From the NCBI GenBank assembly GCA_950097015.1, contig CATNEN010000008.1, forward strand, positions 2,046,001 to 2,110,000: DNA of 64,000 nt, read 5' to 3'. The notes under the pieces were generated by a model. That model was not told where the DNA came from and searched no databases. It saw only the letters and a program-made list of their open reading frames with translations. How positions within the stretch are numbered: the first letter of the stretch is position 1; every line of letters begins with the position of its first letter. This DNA is from Macrostomum hystrix (lineage: Eukaryota > Animalia > Platyhelminthes). The translations under genes and the position numbers were made by a program. Below are positions 36,446-49,129 of this stretch, in pieces.

Positions 36446-37389
36446 TCAGTGTGATTCCAGACTTTCACAATCCTTTACTGATCTCCAATAGCCAAATCGA
36501 ATGCAAGCTCACGTCCTTAGATTTCTCACATATAATAGGATATTTGAACAAATCGTTTGTTCCCATGAATGCCCAGTACTTCAGCTCTAGCAGCATAGTG
36601 TCCCAACCTGTGCTCAAAGTTGGCATACTCAATTAGCATATCTGATCATCTTATACAGCTCACACTCTAAACAGAAAAATTGCTTTGACTCTCGCCTTTA
36701 AGAATATTTTGAGCAAAAAAAGACAACAACAAAATTATCCAATTCTCCATCCCGCTCACCTGGACCAGCTGATGCCATACAGAATCCCACTTTTCAGCTC
36801 GCGGCGGTGGCTTTGTCAGGTGACGGGATTTGGGAAGAATTCGGCGAGACAGTATTGCGTAATCATTTTTTAGGGACGGAGAAATAAAGAGGCACAGAGA
36901 CTGAGAGGATGGAATAGTTGCAGTGGGATTAAGACAGGGGGGCAGGGGATCAGCAGCTTTGCATGCATAAACTGGGATGCGAATGAGGCGGCCAAGTGAC
37001 TAGAAAAATAATCTAAAAAAATATAATGCACACATTTCTCTTGAGCAGAAATCTCTTCTGCTCTTGCCCGGCCTCCTTCACACATGGCTTGAAAAGGTTC
37101 GATTCGCTTTGCGCTAGTAAACAGAGAAACAAAATAATTTAGGTGGAGATTAGACTCCCAAGCGAATCGATTGGGGATTTTATTGACATTGCGTTATTTT
37201 CCGCATAACACTGGCTATTCTTCAAATAGATAATTCGGAACGAAATTAACCAAGCAGTTCTAACCAAGAGTTAACGATATAAAACTATAGTAGTGGATTA
37301 AGATCGCAATTATCCCACTTATTTTGAATCCATCCCTAGTAGGCCGGACATGTGTGCGTTGATTGGATAAATCAGATTTCCACAAACCT

Positions 37390-38770
37390 TCTTTGAGATT
37401 TCCCTGATTCCTTCATTGAGATTTCCCTGATTCCTGCAATGAGATTTCCATAATTCCCTCAATGAGATTTCCCTGATTCTTTCATTGAGATTTCCATGAT
37501 TCCTTCAATGAGATTTCCCTGATTCCTTCATTGAGATTTCCATGATTCCTACATTGAGATTTCCATGATTCCTTCATTGAGATTTCCACGATTCCTTCAT
37601 TGAGATTTTCACGATTCCTTCATTGAGATTTCCACGATTCCTTCCTTGAGATTTCCACGATTCCTTCATTGAGATTTCCACGATTCCTTCATTGAGATTT
37701 CCACGATTCCTTCATTGAGATTTTCACGATTCCTTCATTGAGATTTCCCTGATTCCTTCATTGAGATTTCCATGATTCCTTCATTGAGATTTCCCTGATA
37801 CCTTCAACGAGATTTCCCTGATTCCTTCAATAAGACTTCCCTGATTCCTTCATTGAGATATCCACAATCCTTCATTGAGATATCCACAATCCTTCATTGA
37901 GATATCCACAATCCTTCATTGAGATATCCATGATCCTTCATTGAGATATCCAAAATCCTTCATTGAGATATCCATGATTCCTTCATTGAGATATCCAAAA
38001 TCCTTCATTGAGATATCCATGATCCTTCATTGAGATATCCACAATCCTTCATTGAGATATCCAAAATCCTTCATTGAGATATCCATGATCCTTCATTGAG
38101 ATATCCACAATCCTTCATTGAGATATCCATGATTCCTTCATTGAGATATCCACAATCCTTCATTGAGATATCCACAATCCTTCATTGAGATATCCACAAT
38201 CTTTCATTGAGATTTTCACAATCTTTCATTGAGATATCCACAATCCTTCATTGAGATTTCCACAATCTTTCATTGAGATATCCACAATCCTTCATTGAGA
38301 TTTCCACAATCTTTCATTGAGATTTTCACAATCTTTCATTGAGATATCCACAATCCTTCATTGAGATTTCCACAATCTTTCATTGAGATTTTCACAATCC
38401 TTCATTGAGATATCCACAATCCTACATTGAGATATCCACAATCCTTCATTGAGATATCCACAATCCTTCATTGAGATATCCACAATCCTTCATTGAGATA
38501 TCCATGATCCTTCAGTGAGATATCCACAATCCTTCATTGAGATTTTCACAATCCTTCATTGAGATATCCACAATCCTACATTGAGATATCCATGATCCTT
38601 CATTGAGATATCCACAATCCTTCATTGAGATATCCACAATCCTTCATTGAGATATCCATGATCCTTCATTGAGATATCCACAATCCTTCATTGAGATATC
38701 CATGATCCTTCATTGAGATATCCACAATCTTTCATTGAGATTTCCACAATCCTTCATTGAGATTTCGTTG
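37390..38770. repeat. Minisatellite, 23 bp unit shifting to a 22 bp unit (GAGATATCCACAATCCTTCATT)
   Basis: About 60 tandem copies; variant switch near 37855. Confidence 0.96.
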
Positions 38771-39699
38771 ATTCTGGATTTCCATGAAATTTCTTGGAAA
38801 CAGCAATTTAGGTTTCTCGCGATCTGTTATATTTGATTGTACATTTCTTTCTCTTTAAAGCCAAAATAGCTACTTTTGGAAAAAACTAGTTTTTTCGTTT
38901 TTTTTTCAGTGTGGCCTTCAATTTAATTCGTGTCTTTTGATAGCCAGAGTTACTGAAATGTTGTTACAGCATGTTAATGCGCCCGAGAGATGAGCCGATT
39001 CATATTGTGTAGCACCTGTTGGAATTATTTTTTCTGAATAATTAGTTTTTACAAAAAATTGTTTTAATCTTCAAAGTAGGTATTAAGTTCTCGCTCTGGT
39101 TAGAAGACGATCATAGCTCCAATGTTAAGATACTTTGGTCAGCATTTTTCTACTCAATCATGAAATTTAACTCAACCAAGCAAAAAGATTATGACCTCCC
39201 CTGAGATTGTGTGGACAAAATCTTACTCCAAATGCATGAAAGGATTAAGAAAAAAATAAATACCAAACGTTTTTTCTCTGCTGAAAAAAATTCATTGCGG
39301 GCTTGGGAAATTAAAAATGGGTTTGAGTTCCATTGAATTAGAGTGTAAAAGATATAGAAAGTTTGACAAAAATGGTAAGCTCGTATTTTATATTTTAACA
39401 GACCGGAAGAACAGACACATCCCACCTTTTGTGTGCCTATGTGCAGAATGTCTGTGGATTCTTTCGCACTGGGTGATTTGAATCGCATTCTTAAACTAAC
39501 GGAACTGAAACCAATGGAACTAGAAGACAAACAGGGCGAGAGGCGAATGAAGAACTGAACTGCGGTCACCACACGCGACAGGAAGTGGGACATTGGAATG
39601 AGGATAGACTTAAAGTTTTATAGAATTTGAATTTGATTTTGAATATATACATGTGTTATCTTATATTTGATTCAACTGAGGGTTGAGAAATATATAACT

Positions 39700-41030
39700 C
39701 TATTCTGGGCGTCTGTCAGTCAGTTCTGGGTGTCAGTCTGTCAGTTCTGGGTGTCAGTCTGTCAGTTCTGGGCGTCAGTCAGTCAGTTCTGGGTGTCAGT
39801 CAGTTCTGGGTGTCTGTCTGTCAGTTCTGGGTGTCAGTCAGTTCTGGGTGTCTGTCTGTCAGTTCTGGGTGTCAGTCAGTTCTGGGTGTCTGTCAGTTCT
39901 GGGTGTCTGTCAGTTCTGGGCGTCTGTCAGTTCTGGGTGTCTGTCAGTTCTGGGTGTCTGTCAGTTCTGGGTGTCAGTCAGTTCTGGGTGTCTGTCTGTC
40001 AGTTCTGGGTGTCAGTCAGTTCTGGGTGTCTGTCTGTCAGTTCTGGGTGTCAGTCAGTTCTGGGTGTCTGTCTGTCAGTTCTGGGTGTCAGTCAGTTCTG
40101 GGTGTCTGTCAGTTCTGGGTGTCTGTCAGTTCTGGGCGTCTGTCAGTTCTGGGTGTCTGTCAGTTCTGGGTGTCTGTCAGTTCTGGGTGTCAGTCAGTTC
40201 TGGGTGTCTGTCTGTCAGTTCTGGGTGTCAGTCAGTTCTGGGTGTCTGTCTGTCAGTTCTGGGTGTCAGTCAGTTCTGGGTGTCTGTCTGTCAGTTCTGG
40301 GTGTCTGTCAGTTCTGGGCGTCTGTCAGTTCTGGGTGTCTGTCAGTTCTGGGTGTCTGTCAGTTCTGGGTGTCTGTCAGTTCTGGGTGTCTGTCAGTTCT
40401 GGGTGTCTGTCAGTTCTGGGTGTCTGTCAGTTCTGGGTGTCTGTCTGTCAGTTCTGGGTGTCAGTCAGTTCTGGGTGTCTGTCTGTCAGTTCTGGGTGTC
40501 AGTCAGTTCTGGGTGTCTGTCTGTCAGTTCTGGGTGTCAGTCAGTTCTGGGTGTCTGTCTGTCAGTTCTGGGTGTCAGTCAGTTCTGGGTGTCTGTCAGT
40601 TCTGGGTGTCTGTCAGTTCTGGGCGTCTGTCAGTTCTGGGTGTCTGTCAGTTCTGGGTGTCTGTCAGTTCTGGGTGTCAGTCAGTTCTGGGTGTCTGTCT
40701 GTCAGTTCTGGGTGTCAGTCAGTTCTGGGTGTCTGTCTGTCAGTTCTGGGTGTCAGTCAGTTCTGGGTGTCTGTCTGTCAGTTCTGGGTGTCTGTCAGTT
40801 CTGGGCGTCTGTCAGTTCTGGGTGTCTGTCAGTTCTGGGTGTCTGTCAGTTCTGGGTGTCTGTCAGTTCTGGGTGTCTGTCAGTTCTGGGTGTCTGTCAG
40901 TTCTGGGTGTCTGTCAGTTCTGGGTGTCTGTCAGTTCTGGGTGTCTGTCAGTTCTGGGTGTCTGTCAGTTCTGGGTGTCTGTCAGTTCTGGGTGTCTGTC
41001 AGTTCTGGGTGTCTGTCAGTTCAGGGTGTC
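39700..41030. repeat. Minisatellite, 17 bp unit (TCTGTCAGTTCTGGGTG) with 21 bp variants
   Basis: Tandem units; explains ORFs 39667-41079. Confidence 0.97.
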
Positions 41031-41724
41031 TGTTTTAGTGTTTCCGTCTAGGAAAAATATGCATCGAAAATGTGGTTGACGCTTGCTTTCACCATTTACA
41101 GCTTATGCGGCCGGCAAGAAAATTAGTGGAAACACAGGTAAATAAAAAAATTGCTCCCTCCCTCAATGACAAAAACCTTTTCTCCACTTCGGACTGACAG
41201 ATGTAACTCCACCCGACTCGATGGCATATTTATACCAGTTCCAAATATATTTTTACGCACCAAATATACAATCGTAATTATTTACCCCTATTCCACACAA
41301 GCAGTTGCGTTGTATAAATTTTTCTAGCAGATCCCAGTGACCCATGGTGGGGCGAGATTCGCACAAAGAGTAGATTATCGGTCACAAGAGTCAGTTGTCG
41401 GCAACAGAATCTCTCACCGTTTTGGCCTGCGGGCCGCATATAGATTTTATTTTGATCGGAGACACATCAAAGAGACAAAGAAGGTAGAGATGCTGGAATT
41501 CAATGGGATTTGACGTGTTTTATCCCACAAAATCTTTCCACTTCCCCCAAACCCCCTCTCTCCCTCTCTTTCAGCTTTCTTCAAAATCATATCGATCGGC
41601 AAAATTTGGCCTTAGTAACCGATTGGACCTTGCGGGGTGTTTTTTAAGGAGTAATCTTTGTTCTGATCTTTGTTTCATAAATAGTTTTAATTTTAGTTAC
41701 TTTGTGTAAATTCAATAGAATATA

Positions 41725-42140
41725 GTGGAAGGGGTAGAATGTGTGGAAGGGGTAGAGAGAGTGGAAGGGGTAGAGAGAGAGTGGAAGGGGTAGAGAGAGT
41801 GGAAGGGGTAGAGAGAGAGTGGAAGGGGTAGAGAGAGAGTGGAAGGGGTAGAGAGAGTGGAAGGGGTAGAGAGAGAGTGGAAGGGGTAGAGAGAGAGTGG
41901 AAGGGGTAGAGAGAGAGTGGAAGGGGTAGAGAGAGAGTGGAAGGGGTAGAGAGAGAGTGGAAGGGGTAGAGAGAGAGTTGAAGGGGTAGAGAGAGAGTGG
42001 AAGGCTAGAGAGAGAGTGGAAGGCTAGAGAGAGAGTGGAAGGGTAGAGAGAGTTGAAGGGGTAGAAAGAGTGGAAGAGGTTAGAAAGAGAGGAAGGGGTA
42101 GAAAGAGTCGAAGGGGTAGATAGAGTGGAAGGGGTAGTGG
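41725..42140. repeat. Purine-rich minisatellite, 18-20 bp unit (GAGAGAGTGGAAGGGGTA)
   Basis: Tandem units. Confidence 0.95.
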
Positions 42141-43288
42141 GAGTAAGGCTGGAATAAGTGATAAACTTAAAACAAAAATACGCAAATGTTTGGTGTTTCC
42201 TGTGCTCCAGATTCTGGCTCCCTCTCATTCTCTTTTATTTTCAGCCTTTCCAGCCTGCTTGATTTATTTATTAAGCTGTCGTTTGCCTGAATGAAACGCT
42301 TGCAGATAGGATTATGAAGACAAATAAAGCAAGTGGGAAATGGGATAAATCTCTAGGTGTGGCTCCTACAGTGGGATTATCTCGCCTAGCTAATCTCTGA
42401 TCCACACGAAGAAGAATTAGACAATTCATTTCTCTGTTGCTAAAACACATTCGAATGTCGCAGACTCCTAAGGAGTGGTCGGTCTGAAGGAACAGAGGCT
42501 GATGGCGGATTCCAAGTGAAGGTCGAGAAAAAGTTTTTTTTTGGAGATATTGTCTGCGTTCTTTTCCCTTCGGTGGGGATCTATTTGGTTGCATAATCGC
42601 TGCTGATTAGCGGGAGGTTGGTTAGGGAGGTATTGCTGGGTCATCCCGATCCCAGGGTTCCGCAGAGAGAAGCGCGTTAGAGACGGGATATGTTCCTAAC
42701 ACAGCCTTGGGGTCCCATATTTTTAATGGACCCGGGAATACAAGGCAACCGAAGAGGGGCTTGTTAAGCCCCGAGGAACTGCGAAATGCAAACCCGACAG
42801 ATCCACCGGTGCCAAATTTGGGAACATGAAACACGCTGCGCTTCTGCTTTCACTTCGGATCCCTGCTCCGCGCTGTATGAGACTTCCCATCCCGCTTCCC
42901 ATTCGCCAATTTTTTATCCCTAAACCGAACGGCAGTTTCAACAGAGCCTCAATCACTGCTAGATCTATGAGATCCCCAACTGTTAGGGAAAACAAAACCT
43001 CTGATCCCGGCCACCCGCTGGGTAAATTCTTGGCGGGTTGTTCAGCGGCCTGCCGCCATTGAAATCCCAATTTTTATCCAGCTGTCCAAAGAGAAATCGG
43101 ACTGGACTTGGCAACAGAAAATAAACTTCTTAAACCTACGATGGTAGCAAGCAAAAATCAATTGGACCGCACATGGTGCCACAGCGCATGGCTGGACAAC
43201 TAGTGGGGCGGTGGGTGAGCAACTCATCCTGAAGATGCGGTGGGAATCACGGCTGCGTGCCACCAAAATCCCACGGCCAAGCCGATTG

Positions 43289-43827
43289 TAGGACTCTAGG
43301 GATAGACTATTCTGTTCCATCACCCATGGGATAGACTAGCAATCCATTCTGTTCCTTCACTGATGGGATAGACAAGCAATCCATTCTGTTCCTTCACTGA
43401 TGGGATAGACAAGCAATCCATTCTATTCCTTCACTGATGGGATAGACAAGCAATCCATTCTGTTCCTTCACTGATGGGATAGACAAGCAATCCATTCTAT
43501 TCCTTCACTGATGGGATAGACAAGCAATCCATTCTGTTCCTTCAATGATGGGATAGACTAGCAATCCATTCTGTTCCTTCACTGATGGGATAGACTAGCA
43601 ATCCATTCTGTTCCTTCACTGATGGGATAGACTAGCAATCCATTCTGTTCCTTCACTGATGGGATAGACTAGCAATCCATTCTGTTCCTTCACTGATGGG
43701 ATAGACTAGCAATCCATTCTGTTCCTTCACTGATGGGATAGACTAGCAATCCATTCTGTTCCTTCACTGATGGGATAGACTAGCAATCCATTCTGTTCCT
43801 TCACTGATGGGATAGACTAGCAATCCG
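43289..43827 (+). repeat. Left arm: 37 bp minisatellite (GGGATAGACTAGCAATCCATTCTGTTCCTTCACTGAT), ~14 copies
   Basis: Tandem units. Confidence 0.97.
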
Positions 43828-44506
43828 ATATAAATAGATTGCGATCAAATCTTGCTTACATTGTGAGTCCTGAAGCCGTACATTCACAGCTGTCAGTCTG
43901 TGCAGTAGAAGCTGTAAATGTGTGACCCGGTCCTCCGGTCACGAATATCAGTTTTGAATGACGTGATAAACCGATTGCTTTATGAAAACATCACAAGAGA
44001 AGAGGAAAATGAAAAAGGTGTTTTAAGTATTAGCATCGTTGGCCACAACTCACTACCTGCTCAACATTGTAATCGCAGACTCCGAGGCGAGTTCGTTGTG
44101 GGCGGAGCTGATTCTGGCGAGAAATCATTGGACAGTTGCGTGCGCTGCCAGAACTACTGCCAGAGCTATTGCGTCACCAGCGTGGACACTCCCTCGGCAC
44201 GCGAGGACACAAGTGTTCCTCAGCCATGCCTAGGGATTTCCTTTCCATTTCTGCTTTCCTATCAGTTCTTCTTCTTTTTATTTCGAATAACAGAAGTATT
44301 GAATCTGAATTTCTATTCCGCCCACCCATTGTGAATTCGCTATTAAATTTGAATCCTGGCTACACTCCGATGGGAGAAAAACATTCTCTACTTTAATCCT
44401 CTTGCACGGCTTTTTAAATTGCGCGATAGATTTTCTACTTGAATTATAATTTCGGGAGAGTTTGAGTATGAATTGAGGATTTAAATCTCTCCCGAAGATT
44501 TAGGAA

Positions 44507-44939
44507 CAATGGATTGCTAGTCTATTCAATGGGTGAAGAAACAGAATGGATTGCTAGTCTATTCAATGGGTGAAGAAACAGAATGGATTGCTAGTCTATT
44601 CAATGGGTGAAGAAACAGAATGGATTGCTAGTCTATTCAATGGGTGAAGGAACAGAATGGATTGCTAGTCTATCCAACGGGTGAAGGAACAGAATGGATT
44701 GCTAGTCTATTCCATGAGTGAAGGAACAGAATGGATTGCTAGTCTATCCCATCAGTGAAGGAACAGAATGGATTGCTAGTCTATCCCATCAGTGAAGGAA
44801 CAGAATGGATTGCTAGTCTATCCCATCAGTGAAGGAACAGAATGGATTGCTAGTCTATCCCATCAGTGAAGGAACAGAATGGATTGCTAGTCTATCCCAT
44901 CAGTGAAGGAACAGAATGGATTGCTAGTCTATCCCATGA
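44507..44939 (-). repeat. Right arm: same 37 bp minisatellite in inverted orientation, ~12 copies
   Basis: GAACAGAATGGATTGCTAGTCTATCCCATCAGTGAAG is the exact reverse complement of the left-arm unit. Confidence 0.97.
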
Positions 44940-45544
44940 GAGAGGTGACATATTTCATGAGATAGAATCGTGAAGCTGAGAGTTGCAGACAGCATTTCAA
45001 GAGAGATTCTCAGCCATGAGGTCCCTATTGGGATAATTGCAGTTTATGGCCCTACTAAATTTCAGCATTGCTGTTCAGTGTATAAGGTTGCGCAAGCCAA
45101 GAATGCAGGTTGCACAACTGCTGCCATACGCCTTGATGGTTCCAGCGGTTGCAGCGGGAGTTCCATTCGAATTGCTGCACAATTTGTGTGACGGAATCCC
45201 AGATAAAGATGAAGGGTTAAGGCTCCCATGGGAATTGTTTTGATATGCCGCTGGCCATTGCGAAAGACACACAGAGAGAGACAGAAATGTAATGAGCACG
45301 ATAAGACTTTGCTTAAACGAAGGTGAAAGCAGAATCCTACTTACTTAACCATGAGATAATATTTATTTGGTTAAACTTCTGTGCAATTTCTACGTAAGAA
45401 TCTGCTTGATAAACTGCTTGCAGCCTGTTGAAAACTAATCGTATAATTACTGTTGTATAATTGCTGCTGTGGTTGCATTCAGATGGCGTCTTTGCGGTGG
45501 GGTCACAATTTGTTTACAGGCTCGGAAACAGAATAGTGAGAAAG

Positions 45545-46540
45545 AAAAAGGAGGGAAACGGGGGAGAGATAGGAGGGAGATGGGAGAGGAGGGAGATTGG
45601 GGAGAGGTGGGAGGTTGGGGAGTGGAGAAAGATGGGAGAGAGAGGAGGGAGATGGGAGAGAGAGGAGGGAGATGGCAGACAGAGGAGGGAGATGGGAGAG
45701 AGAGGATGGAGATGGGAGAGAGAGGAAGGAGATGGCAGAGAGAGGAAGGAGATGGGAGAGAGAGGAGGGAGATGGCAGAGAGAGGAGAGAGATGGGAGAG
45801 ATAGGAAGGAGATGGCAGAGAGAGGAGAGAGATGGGAGAGATAGGAAGGAGATGGCAGAGAGAGGAGAGAGATGGGAGAGAGAGGAAGGAGATGGGAGAG
45901 AGAGGAGGGAGATGGGAGAGAGAGGAAGGAGATGGCAGAGAGAGGAGAGAGATGGGAGAGAGAGGAGAGAGATGGGAGAGAGAGAAGAGAGATGGGAGAG
46001 AGAGGAGAGAGATGGGAGCGAGAGAAGAGAGATGGGAGAGAGAGGAGAGAGATGGGAGAGAGAGGAGAGAGATGGGAGAGAGAGAAGAGAGATGGGAGAG
46101 AGAGGAGAGAGATGGGAGAGAGAGGAGGGAGATGGCAGACAGAGGAGGGAGATGTGAGAGAGAGAAGAGAGATGGGAGAGAGAGGAGAGAGATGGGAGAG
46201 AGAGGAGGGAGATGGGAGAGAGAGGATGGAGATGGGAGAGAGAGGAAGGAGATGGGAGAGAGAGGAGAGAGATGGGAGAGAGAGGAGGGAGATGGGAGAG
46301 AGAGGAAGGAGATGGGAGAGAGAGGAGAGAGATGGGAGAGAGAGGAAGGAGATGGGAGAGAGAGGAGAGAGATGGGAGAGATAGGAAGGAGATGGCAGAG
46401 AGAGGAGAGAGATGGGAGAGATAGGAAGGAGATGGCAGAGAGAGGAGAGAGATGGGAGAGATAGGAAGGAGATGGAAGAGAGAGGAGGGAGATGGGAGAG
46501 AGAGGAAGGAGATGGGAGAGAGAAGAGGGAGATGGATGAT
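45545..46540. repeat. Purine-rich minisatellite, 20 bp unit (GATGGGAGAGAGAGGAG(G/A)GA)
   Basis: Tandem units. Confidence 0.96.
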
Positions 46541-47544
46541 TAGAGCTGAGAAAAATTGAGCATGTCAGCATCATCACATCAAGCATGGTTTCCTAACGAA
46601 GAGGTACTTATTGAGGTCAATTCGATGTCCTGAGACTCGTTCATGAAGAAAAAAATGAGTAGAACCTGCATATTTCCGATTTTGAGTAACTAAAAAGCTG
46701 TTGCTAAAATCGATAATGGAACACGATTGATTGACCAAGCTGTTGCTAGTGGCCTCTTTAAGTACTGAGGTCGTTTGAACAAGCGAAAAAGTTTCTTGTG
46801 AAGTCCCAACAAGCTTCTAGAAGGAACTAACTGCTTTTTCTTATCTATTCCAGTAAGACAGACAGGCGAAAAGCAAGAAATTTGAAAGCAGATAACAGGC
46901 AAAGATGCGGTCAAAGTGATGCGAAATTTTTTAATAAAACAGAATCCCTCTTTGGCGGCTGTGACTTCGGTCACACAGTGTGGCAGTTGTAAATAAATCG
47001 GAGCTTATCAGAACTGAGACATCACTGGTAGAGACGAACAGAAGGGGCCAAGGGTTATGTAACCAACTGGACTCGCTACGCTGGATAGAAACTGCCAGTA
47101 AGAAATATCCCATGCTTCACTATTGAACATTATAGATGGGTGCTGAGACAATATGAATAAGGTTATAACTGTATAGTCAGTATATGATCAGATAGAAAAT
47201 TTTTAATTTCTATTCAGATTTAATTGGAATTTTGGGAGGAAATGCGGATGAGCTTCTGATACTAAACAAAATTTGTTAATGAAGAAATCTAGTGATTACG
47301 AGATTATATAGAGAAAGTGGGAATAAACGGTAATCAAGGTAGAGGTATAAACAAAGCAACGCTAATTGTCCTTGTCACCAGTGTATTCGACAAGAGTCGT
47401 TGAATATCTCGACGATGTTGACATCGGACAGCTTTGAAAGCTAGTTCATCGTAAAGGGTGGAAAATTCCGACAAACATCGGTCATTCGGTTTCGGAGCTA
47501 TCGTGAACTAGGCAGTGGGTATTTAAAATCCAGTTAATAGGCAT

Positions 47545-48730
47545 TTCAGTGAATGGGGATTTCAGTGAATGGGGATTTCAGTGAATGGGGATTTCAGTGA
47601 ATGGGGATTTTAGTGAATGGGGATTTCAGTGAATGGGGATTTCAGTAAATGGGGATTTAAGCGAATGAGGATTTTAGTGAATGGTAATTTTAGTGAATGG
47701 TGATTTTAGTGAATGGGGTTTTAGTGAATCGGGATTTCAGAAAATGGGGATTTTAGTGAATCGGGATGTCAGAAAATAGGGATTTAAGTGAATGGGGATT
47801 TCAGTAATTGGGGGATTTCAGTGAATGGGGATTTCAGTGAATGTGGATTTCAGTGAATCGGGATTTAAGGGAATGAGGATTTTAGTAAATGGGGGTTTAG
47901 GTGAACCGGGATTTCAGAAAATGGGGATTTTAGTAAATCAGGATTTCAGAAAATGGAGATTTTAGTGAATGGGGATTTCAGTGAATATGAGTTTTAGTGA
48001 ATCGGGATTTCAGAAAATGGGGATTTTAGTGAATCGGGATGTCAGAAAATGGTGATTTAAGTGAATGGGGATTTCAGTGAATGGGGATTTCAGTGAATGG
48101 GGATTTCAGTGAATGGGGATTTCAGTGAATAGGGATTTCAGTGAATGGGGATTTCAGTGATGGGGATTTCAGTGAATGGGGATTTCAGTGAATGGGGATT
48201 TCTGTGAATGGGGATTTCAGTGAATGGGGATTTCAGTGAATGGGGATTTCAGTGAATGGGGATTTCAGTGAATGGGGATTTCAGTGAATCGGGATTTAAG
48301 GGAATGGGGATTTCAGTAAGTGAGGATTTCAGTGAATGGGGATTTTAGTGAATGGGGATTTAAGTGAATGGGGATTTTAGTGAATGGGGATTTCAGTGAA
48401 TGGGGATTTTAGTGAATGGGGATTTCAGTGAATGGGGATTTCAGTGAATGGGGATTCCAGTGAATGGGGATTTCAGTGAATGGGGATTTCAGTGAATGGG
48501 GATTTCAGTGAATCGGGATTTAAGGGAATGAGGATTTTAGTGAATGGGGGTTTTAGTGAACCGGGATTTCAGAAAATGGGGATTTTAGTAAATCAGGATT
48601 TCAGAAAATGGGGATTTTAGTGAATGGGAATTTTATTGCATGGGCATTTCAGTGAATGGGGATTTTAGTGAATGGGGATTTCAGTGAATGGGGATTTCAG
48701 TAAATGGGGATTTCAGTGAATGGGGATTTC
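47545..48730. repeat. Minisatellite, 16 bp unit (GGGGATTTCAGTGAAT)
   Basis: About 70 tandem copies with variants. Confidence 0.96.
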
Positions 48731-49129
48731 AGGGCAGCTAAGCGCTACAAAGAACGGATCTATGTACTAATTATTTTGAGAATTATCTCAACGGAATGCA
48801 CAAAATCTGCAACTTTTCCCCAGCAAATCTTATTAGGTTCTTCTCGGCAGGTCTGTGTAATTTTCTGGCTGAATGACTTTCCTTCGTTCTCGCTCTTTCT
48901 CAAATTATTAACATATTTAGACATTGTGCATTACGATGCAAAACAATCTACTTCAAAAACTCTTCCTGTGTTAAGTTTCTCGCATTTGAGAACGACTGCA
49001 ATTAAGGCTTAAAAATTTAATTCGAGCAGAGAAACACACTACTCAGAAATAGTAGCTATTGACGTTGTTATTTCAAAATTTCTCTATAATCAAAGTGAGA
49101 CAGTGAGCAGAAGGGAATTTCATAAAGAA

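Larger units (their letters stand above)
32601..36900 (-). other. Candidate exons of an unidentified spliced gene (36900-36760, 34903-34826, 32885-32601)
   Basis: GC-richer islands with open phase-0 frames and AG/GT boundaries; no recognisable domain; some acceptors weak. Confidence 0.25.
43289..44939. mobile_element. Possible foldback-like element (inverted tandem-array arms around a ~680 bp unique core)
   Basis: Inverted arms seen directly; no clear TSD or transposase identified. Confidence 0.4.

Noticed and set aside
39402-39558. Plus-strand terminal-exon-like frame (PEEQTHPTFCVPMCR..MKN stop) with a strong acceptor
   Set aside because: No convincing upstream partner exon, and an equally plausible minus-strand frame overlaps it; left within the unresolved hidden-gene finding
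39667-41079. 396-470 aa Cys/Val/Ser-rich ORFs in all three plus frames
   Set aside because: Pure 17/21-bp minisatellite; three simultaneous open frames indicate no coding selection
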